From Deltaproteobacteria bacterium (GTDB taxonomy: Bacteria > Myxococcota_A > Polyangia > Fen-1088): 64,000 nucleotides of DNA. Made by a program: the position numbers and the translations under genes. Of this stretch, positions 58,452 to 64,000 are shown piece after piece. The notes beneath the pieces were generated by a model that was not told where the DNA came from, made no database searches, and was given only the letters and a program-made list of their open reading frames with translations. The stretch spans positions 128,001-192,000 of the forward strand of contig JANRKS010000024.1 in NCBI GenBank assembly GCA_033763315.1. Reading direction: 5' to 3'. Each line of letters starts with the position of its first letter. Position 1 is the first letter of the stretch.

Positions 58452-59219
58452 TCACAACAAGGTCAACGCAGACGCGTTGGCGGAGCCGCGTGATCCAAGC
58501 CGGTTGTGAAATTCATACGCGTCGCCGCGGTAGATGGTGTGTTCCCACCACAGGGGCGCATCGCCTTGCAGAAAACCAACCGCTGTGACCGACAAACACG
58601 CGGCGCCCTTTTTCACCCGCAACCGCTCCGCCGCCACCGCGTTGGCGGCCACGGCTCGAATGCTTTGTTCGGCGCCCGAAATGCGCAGGTTGAACGTTTT
58701 GGTCCACAGCGTGTAAAGCGACCCACTGGCGCTTTGTTCATCAAGGGCGGGGCAGTGGCGCGCCACGACGATGCGATGCTCGAAGATCACCGGCACACCT
58801 TCGGCCAAGCGCAGGCGTTCCATATCAATCAGCGTTTCATCGCCGGCCACACCGAGGCGCGCTGCCACGGCGGGATCGATGTCTGCAGCAGGCACGCGCG
58901 ACAAACGTAGAACCTGGGTGCTGGGCGTTTGCCCTTTCGCGGCCGCGCGCGCCGTGAAGCTGACCAAAAGCCCCAGGTCAACGTCAATCACGCTTGGCTG
59001 CACGAAGGTGCCAAGGCCTTTGCGAAACTCAAGCAGGCGCTCTGAAACCAAGTTCGACAACGCCTTGTTGGCGGTGGCACGACTCACTTCAAACCGTTCG
59101 GCGATCTGGCGCTCGGTTAAGAAACGCTCGCCGGTTTTGAATTCCCCGGTGCGGATCAGTTCGCGCAAAACGTCGTTGAGCTGCTGGTAAACGGGCGCTT
59201 TGACGAGTTTGGTAACCAT
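58452..59219 (-). CDS. GntR-family (HutC/UTRA) transcriptional regulator
   Basis: PVYQQL, TERQIAERFEVSRATANKAL, GLGTFV; C-terminal UTRA (RLRLAEGVP, SLY, YRGDAYEF). Confidence 0.93.
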   Translation of the reverse strand: MVTKLVKAPVYQQLNDVLRELIRTGEFKTGERFLTERQIAERFEVSRATANKALSNLVSERLLEFRKGLGTFVQPSVIDVDLGLLVSFTARAAAKGQTPSTQVLRLSRVPAADIDPAVAARLGVAGDETLIDMERLRLAEGVPVIFEHRIVVARHCPALDEQSASGSLYTLWTKTFNLRISGAEQSIRAVAANAVAAERLRVKKGAACLSVTAVGFLQGDAPLWWEHTIYRGDAYEFHNRLGSRGSANASALTLL

Positions 59220-59374
59220 AGTAAAGGCGGCTAAGCCACCCTATACGCCATTCGGGTGCCGCCACAAGAGTTACAAAACATGTTCGACCTCGAAACCAGT
59301 ACGCGCGACGAAACCCGAATCAGCAGTGAGCAAGAGCTGACCATGCGCCTACACCTTGGGCGTCGTGCTCGGCG

Positions 59375-59833
59375 CTAGGGAACCACCGAGACGTTGGTCT
59401 TCACCGAATTTGCGATGAAGCACTGATCATGAGCGCGGTGGTGCAGTTGTTCCAACTGCTCCCCGTGCGGCTCTTTGCCACCGGCGAATTCAATTTTGGG
59501 ATGCAACTCAACGTCACTGATCCAGGGCACGCCACGCTCATTCTTCGTGAGCATCCCGACCGCGTTGTCTTCGTACCGAAGCACTTCAAAGCCGGCCTTG
59601 GCGGCCACGAACAGAAACGTCAGCATGTGGCAGCTGGACAAAGAGGCAACGAAGGCTTCTTCCGGATCCACCGCCGCAGGGTTGGACCAGGGAGCGGGGA
59701 CCACGGCCGGCGTTGGGGACGCTGCCACGGTGATGCCGCCATCAAACGACCACGTGTGCTCCCGGGAATACCTGCCCTTGGTGAACTCTCCGCCTTGAAA
59801 CTGCCAGACCACTTTCGCCAAATGCGTGCTCAT
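59375..59833 (-). CDS. OsmC-family protein
   Basis: YSREHTWSFDGG, DPEEAFVASLSSCHMLTFL, AHDQCFIANSV. Confidence 0.92.
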   Translation of the reverse strand: MSTHLAKVVWQFQGGEFTKGRYSREHTWSFDGGITVAASPTPAVVPAPWSNPAAVDPEEAFVASLSSCHMLTFLFVAAKAGFEVLRYEDNAVGMLTKNERGVPWISDVELHPKIEFAGGKEPHGEQLEQLHHRAHDQCFIANSVKTNVSVVP

Positions 59834-60121
59834 AGCGGCGGAGCCTAGGACACAGACGGCCAGGCAGCACCGATCCCTGAGAAAATCCCCGCAATTCCCG
59901 TCTTCTCTCGCGCTGAGCCGGAACGCTCCAGGCGATCTTGCCTGGGATGGCTAGCCCCAGGTCGTGGGGTAGGTTAAGATGCGCCTCAATGATTAGAAGC
60001 GAAGGAATGTTTGGTTCACCTGGGAAGGTGCATTGGTGAAGTCTTTGTTTGCACCAATCTTGGATAAACCGCACCAATCACGCCTCAACCTAGGGGCGAG
60101 CCTCAGCCAGGGGGCACAACG

Positions 60122-60595
60122 ATGAACCGCAATCCTGGCCAAAACAAACGGCAGCGCGAAGCCGAGCGCGACAAGAAGAAGAAGGAAAAGGCCGCGCGTT
60201 TGCAACGAAACCGCGATCTTCGCGCCAAGGGCATCGACCCGGACATGGAAGAGGGCGATCCTGAAGTGCTGCCCGAGATCAGCCTCGAGGACATCATGAA
60301 CGCGGGCGTCTCTGGTGTGGCTGCGCGCCCGCCACGCAGCGAACGTGGCCCCACAAAGTTGTTCGTGGGTGGCCTGAGCTGGGAAACCAGCAACGAAGAG
60401 CTCACGCAGGCGTTTTCCAAGTTCGGCCCGCTTGTGGAAGCCACGATCATCACGGATCGCGCCACGGGCAACCCGCGCGGCTTCGGTTTCGTAACCTTCG
60501 AGACCGCTGGCGCCGCCGCGGAAGCCATCAAACAGATGAACGGCGCCGAACTCGACGGGCGCACCTTGAAGGTGAACCCAGCCGACCGCGGTTAA
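60122..60595 (+). CDS. RRM RNA-binding protein with a basic then acidic N-terminal extension
   Basis: RNP2 KLFVGGL, RNP1 RGFGFVTF, MNGAELDGRTLKVN; N-terminus KRQREAERDKKKKEKAAR. Confidence 0.92.
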   Translation: MNRNPGQNKRQREAERDKKKKEKAARLQRNRDLRAKGIDPDMEEGDPEVLPEISLEDIMNAGVSGVAARPPRSERGPTKLFVGGLSWETSNEELTQAFSKFGPLVEATIITDRATGNPRGFGFVTFETAGAAAEAIKQMNGAELDGRTLKVNPADRG

Positions 60596-60691
60596 ACCCG
60601 CTTCCTGCTCCAGCCGGCACGGCAACAGCCTGTCGGCCGGTGGCAGCCTAACACCACCATCAAAGGCGACGTCAGGCCGCCACCTTGGACG

Positions 60692-60892
60692 CTAGGGTGC
60701 CTTTTCTTCAACGAAGTATGCGGTTCGGTGGCGCGCGCCCGGTAAGTGCGAATCCCAGCACGACGACGAGCAAAACACCAACTTGACGCGACCGTTGTTG
60801 CAGGTCGAAACCGAACAACGAATCAAGGTCTTGCCGCGGGCGATCGGCTTGCGGCACATCGAACACACCAACGAGGCGGACGTTTCAACCAT
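60692..60892 (-). CDS. small zinc-finger protein (66 aa), ZZ-histone N-domain-like
   Basis: MVETSASLVCSMCRKPIARGKTLIRCSVSTCNNGRVKLVFCSSSCWDSHLPGARHRTAYFVEEKAP: Cx2C...Cx4C...Cx3C...Hx5H. Confidence 0.75.
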   Translation of the reverse strand: MVETSASLVCSMCRKPIARGKTLIRCSVSTCNNGRVKLVFCSSSCWDSHLPGARHRTAYFVEEKAP

Positions 60893-60953
60893 CCGCCCAT
60901 TGTAGCCAACGCCGCGCCCCTGCGCGCGCCGAAGGCAACGAATGCCGGGGCGC

Positions 60954-61772
60954 TCAGCTTTTTCCCAGGCCGCCGGCCACCTTGGTGGCTTCTTCAACCG
61001 CGCGCGCCAGCACCGAACGGATGCGCCCATCTTCAAGCGTTAAAAGGCCCGCGATCGTGCAGCCGCCAGGTGTGGTGACCTGATCTTTGAGAGCCGCCGG
61101 ATGCATGCCGGTTTCGAGCACCATACGCGCTGAGCCCTGGATCATCTGAGCAGCCATTGTGAAAGCGACGTCGCGGCGCATGCCCATCATGACTGCGCCG
61201 TCCGCCAACGATTCGAGGATGAGGTAAGCGAACGCCGGCCCGCTGCCGTTGAGCGCGGTGACCACGTCCATGTTCTTTTCGTCGATCTCCACGCAGCGCC
61301 CGCAGGCCTGGAAGATCTCCATCGCCACAGCCAATTGTGAGTCAGTGACAGAAGCCTCGCGTGCCAGTGCCGTCATGCCTTCACCGATGAGCGCCGGGGT
61401 GTTTGGCATGGCACGGATGATCGCAATGCCCGGCAACCAGGCCGCGATTTGCTCGAGACGAACGCCGGCCGCCACGCTGATCACAAGCTTGCCCGCCAAG
61501 GCCTTCCGCATTTCATCGCTGTCGAGCGCGGCCTTCATCGTTTGTGGCTTTACGGCCACGACCACCACCGCCGCGGCTTTCGCAACCTCGCCGGCATCCG
61601 TGGTGGTGTTGACGCCATGGCGTTCACCCACGGCGTCGGCTGTGCTCTTATAGCGATCGGCTCCCATCACTTGGGCGGGCGGCAGCTTCCCCGAACGCAG
61701 CACGCCGCGCATGATGGCTTCGCCCATCGTTCCGCATCCGATGAAACCTAGGATCTTGTTGCCTTCGAGCAT
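60954..61772 (-). CDS. proC: pyrroline-5-carboxylate reductase
   Basis: GFIGCGTMG, AVKPQ, SVAAGV, RAMPNTP, TALNGSGPAF, LKDQVTTPGGCTI. Confidence 0.96.
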   Translation of the reverse strand: MLEGNKILGFIGCGTMGEAIMRGVLRSGKLPPAQVMGADRYKSTADAVGERHGVNTTTDAGEVAKAAAVVVVAVKPQTMKAALDSDEMRKALAGKLVISVAAGVRLEQIAAWLPGIAIIRAMPNTPALIGEGMTALAREASVTDSQLAVAMEIFQACGRCVEIDEKNMDVVTALNGSGPAFAYLILESLADGAVMMGMRRDVAFTMAAQMIQGSARMVLETGMHPAALKDQVTTPGGCTIAGLLTLEDGRIRSVLARAVEEATKVAGGLGKS

Positions 61773-61839
61773 GGGGCGCCAATCGTGGCCGATCCACAGC
61801 GCTTCGTAAAGGCCGGCCACCAAAATCAACGGCGGCAGG

Positions 61840-62694
61840 TTAAGGTTTGCGGCTCCAATCGATGAACAGGGCCCGGCCCGGCGGTTGGCAATGCGGGCAA
61901 AAATCTGAGTCCGCGGCACCCACCCGCACTTTGCGCAGCGTGGTCTTACAGCGCGGACAGGGCTGGCCGGCGCGGCCCCGCACCATCAAGAAATCGCGCA
62001 ACTTCTCATCAACGGCCGGCCCTTCACGCGCAATGTGCTCGCTTGCCCCGGTAAGTACGCTGCGAACGGCGTTGAACAACACTTCCACCGCATGCGGCTG
62101 CAGCTGATAGCAAAACGTTTTGGGGTGAATGCCGGCTGCAAATAGGATCTCGTCGGCGTAGGCGTTCCCGATGGAAGCAAGCGCACCTTTATCCATCAAG
62201 AAGTTGCGCACCTGATCGCGCCGGCCACGTATGAGTTCAGCAAACACCGGCAAAGTGAACGCGTGCGACATCACGTCCACGCCCAAGGTTGCATAAGACG
62301 GGATCGTGTTCTCTTGCGCAGGTCGGGCCACGTAAATTTTGCCCATACGCTTGGCATCCAGGTAGCGAAGCTCCTTGCCATTGTCGAAGCTCAACGCCAA
62401 CACGAGGCTTTTGGGATCAGCCTTTGGATCAGCCGCGGCCGGGACCATGGCATAGCGGCCGGCCAGCATCGCGTTGACCACCAAGACAACGTCTTCAGTG
62501 AACGCAAAGCGCATGAAGTGGCCCCGGCGCTCAACCGCCGTGAGAGTGCGCCCCAGGAGCAGGTCGGGTATCTTGGCGTCAATCATGACGCGAAATGGCA
62601 CCGGATCGCCCACCCTCAGCCCAATAATCCGTGCGCCCACGAACACGGGGGCCAGCTGCGATTCCACATGCAAAAGGTCAGGAAGTTCAGGCAT
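61840..62694 (-). CDS. Fpg/Nei-family DNA glycosylase
   Basis: N-terminal PELPD, H2TH SIGNAYADEILF, zinc finger CPRC...FCPHCQ. Confidence 0.9.
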   Translation of the reverse strand: MPELPDLLHVESQLAPVFVGARIIGLRVGDPVPFRVMIDAKIPDLLLGRTLTAVERRGHFMRFAFTEDVVLVVNAMLAGRYAMVPAAADPKADPKSLVLALSFDNGKELRYLDAKRMGKIYVARPAQENTIPSYATLGVDVMSHAFTLPVFAELIRGRRDQVRNFLMDKGALASIGNAYADEILFAAGIHPKTFCYQLQPHAVEVLFNAVRSVLTGASEHIAREGPAVDEKLRDFLMVRGRAGQPCPRCKTTLRKVRVGAADSDFCPHCQPPGRALFIDWSRKP

Positions 62695-62876
62695 ATGCGC
62701 TCCTTTTAGCGGCTTGAGGCACGACCGGCGCGAGGCCCAACACAACGCAACGCGTCCTAATAAACCCCTTTGTGCGACCACCGATGTGACGAGATCCCAT
62801 TTGCGTCCTCAGGGTAGATGGGCGCACAATGCTTGCTGCTACCTAGAGAGATTAATTCATCGTGAAGGAGTGTGTG

Positions 62877-64000
62877 ATGGCGCAACTTAGAACCATGGCT
62901 TCGTTGGCTCCGTGGATTGCGGGCGCTGGTTTGTCATTGGCCGCTTGCTCAGGCAGCAGTGCGCCCTTGCCTGCGCCAGGTGACCCCATAACCACGCCCG
63001 ACGGGCCAAACTCCCCACCAGGCACCATACCTGCGGATGGAACGCCCTTGGCAGGCACGGCGAAAAGTCTGGAAACGCCGCCGCCCCCGCTGGCGGGTGG
63101 CACACTGCTTATGTTGCGCGACGGACGCACGGCCGTGGCGTCCGATCCGGATCGCGACATGATCTTCGTCGCCGACGTCCAAAAGAAGACGGTTGTGGCC
63201 TCTGTTCCTACCAAGGCGGGCGCACAACCCGGCCGCGCCATAGAAGACAGCGATGGCAACGTGCACGTGGTGCTTCGCGAACAAGGCTCGGTCCTTTCGC
63301 TCAAAGCGGGATCGTGGTCGGTCATGGCCGAACAGAAAGTGTGTCCGGCCCCTCGTGGCATCGCCTTCGATGGCAGCCGCGTGTGGGTGGCCTGTGCGGG
63401 CGGGGAATTGGTTCAAGCGGGCAGCGGGGGCAAATCATTCACGCTGGATCGAGATTTGCGCGACGTTGTTTTCACCAACGGCCGTTTGCTCGTCACACAG
63501 TTCCGCTCGGCGAAAGTGCTCACCGTGTCGCCTGAAGACGGCAGCGTGCTGAGCCGGACATCGCCTCCCGGCAGCCGGGAATCTCAACAACTTAATTTCA
63601 AGATGGCGCCCCCGCCGAATGGCACCGACGCACCCTCTCGCGCCGCGGATCCCGTGGTGGCGTGGCGTATGCGCTTAGCCCCCAATGGCGGCGCGGTTGT
63701 GATGCATCAAGAGGCCACAACAAGCCCCTTGGGCCTCGAGCAAGGCGGCTACGGTGGCGGTCCGTGCAAGGGCGGAGCGATTTCTGCGGCCGTCACCACC
63801 ATCAGCAAAGATGGCAGCGTCTCGACCTCGGGCTCATTCTCCTTCGCCACCTTGCCAGTCGACATCGACGTGTCGCCAGATGGCCGCCGCCTGGCGATGA
63901 TCTTTGCCGGCAACAACGGCCAAACACCCACCGGTCCGGTCGCGGTTATGAGCGCGCAGAGCGTTGAACAGGGACAATGTATATTCCCTCACATCGAGAA
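62877..64000 (+). CDS. lipoprotein with YVTN-like beta-propeller (typical N-terminus of myxobacterial cytochrome c / peroxidase-like proteins), 3' end runs off the window
   Basis: Manual translation: MAQLRTMASLAPWIAGAGLSLAAC...PPPLAGGTLLMLRDGRTAVASDPDRD...CPAPRGIAFD; AAGGAG RBS. No heme motif is visible inside the window. Confidence 0.7.
   Translation, partial: MAQLRTMASLAPWIAGAGLSLAACSGSSAPLPAPGDPITTPDGPNSPPGTIPADGTPLAGTAKSLETPPPPLAGGTLLMLRDGRTAVASDPDRDMIFVADVQKKTVVASVPTKAGAQPGRAIEDSDGNVHVVLREQGSVLSLKAGSWSVMAEQKVCPAPRGIAFDGSRVWVACAGGELVQAGSGGKSFTLDRDLRDVVFTNGRLLVTQFRSAKVLTVSPEDGSVLSRTSPPGSRESQQLNFKMAPPPNGTDAPSRAADPVVAWRMRLAPNGGAVVMHQEATTSPLGLEQGGYGGGPCKGGAISAAVTTISKDGSVSTSGSFSFATLPVDIDVSPDGRRLAMIFAGNNGQTPTGPVAVMSAQSVEQGQCIFPHIE

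Noticed and set aside
1-64000. CRISPR arrays, tRNA/rRNA genes, IS elements, prophage or known defence systems
   Set aside because: I saw no regularly spaced repeats, cloverleafs, or transposase, integrase, cas or phage structural motifs on reading; dedicated tools were not run.

Overview
A GC-rich bacterial chromosome segment, most likely Myxococcota (Polyangia-like), judged from DUF1552/DUF1592-type proteins, Cys-rich lipoproteins, a Hanks Ser/Thr kinase with a TPR-PEGA partner and PilZ proteins. It holds about 55 CDS. Housekeeping genes: hisB-hisH-hisF, proB, proA, proC, pgk, sahR-ahcY, rpmG-rplX, lutABC, cysS, metG, an Fpg/Nei glycosylase and SpoIID. These are interleaved with many secreted or lipoprotein accessory genes. 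I saw no rRNA, tRNA, CRISPR array, integrase or transposase. The most notable items: (1) a stand-alone rpmG (Zn-free L33)-rplX (L24) operon outside the spc cluster; (2) a TPR-dynamin-like GTPase fusion; (3) a lipid/GT-C cluster (PLD, CDP-alcohol phosphotransferase, TMTC-like transferase, polyprenol-P-sugar synthase, methyltransferase); (4) a free zinc-finger protein resembling the N-terminal domain of bacterial ZZ-histones but with no histone fold; (5) a PilZ-TM-AMIN-like transenvelope protein; (6) a receiver-less tandem-wHTH regulator divergent from a Ser/Thr kinase; (7) a 22-bp palindrome with perfect 8-bp arms on the sahR start; (8) structured leaders ahead of an RRM gene and a lipoprotein gene. 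All family assignments come from motifs read by eye; no searches were run.
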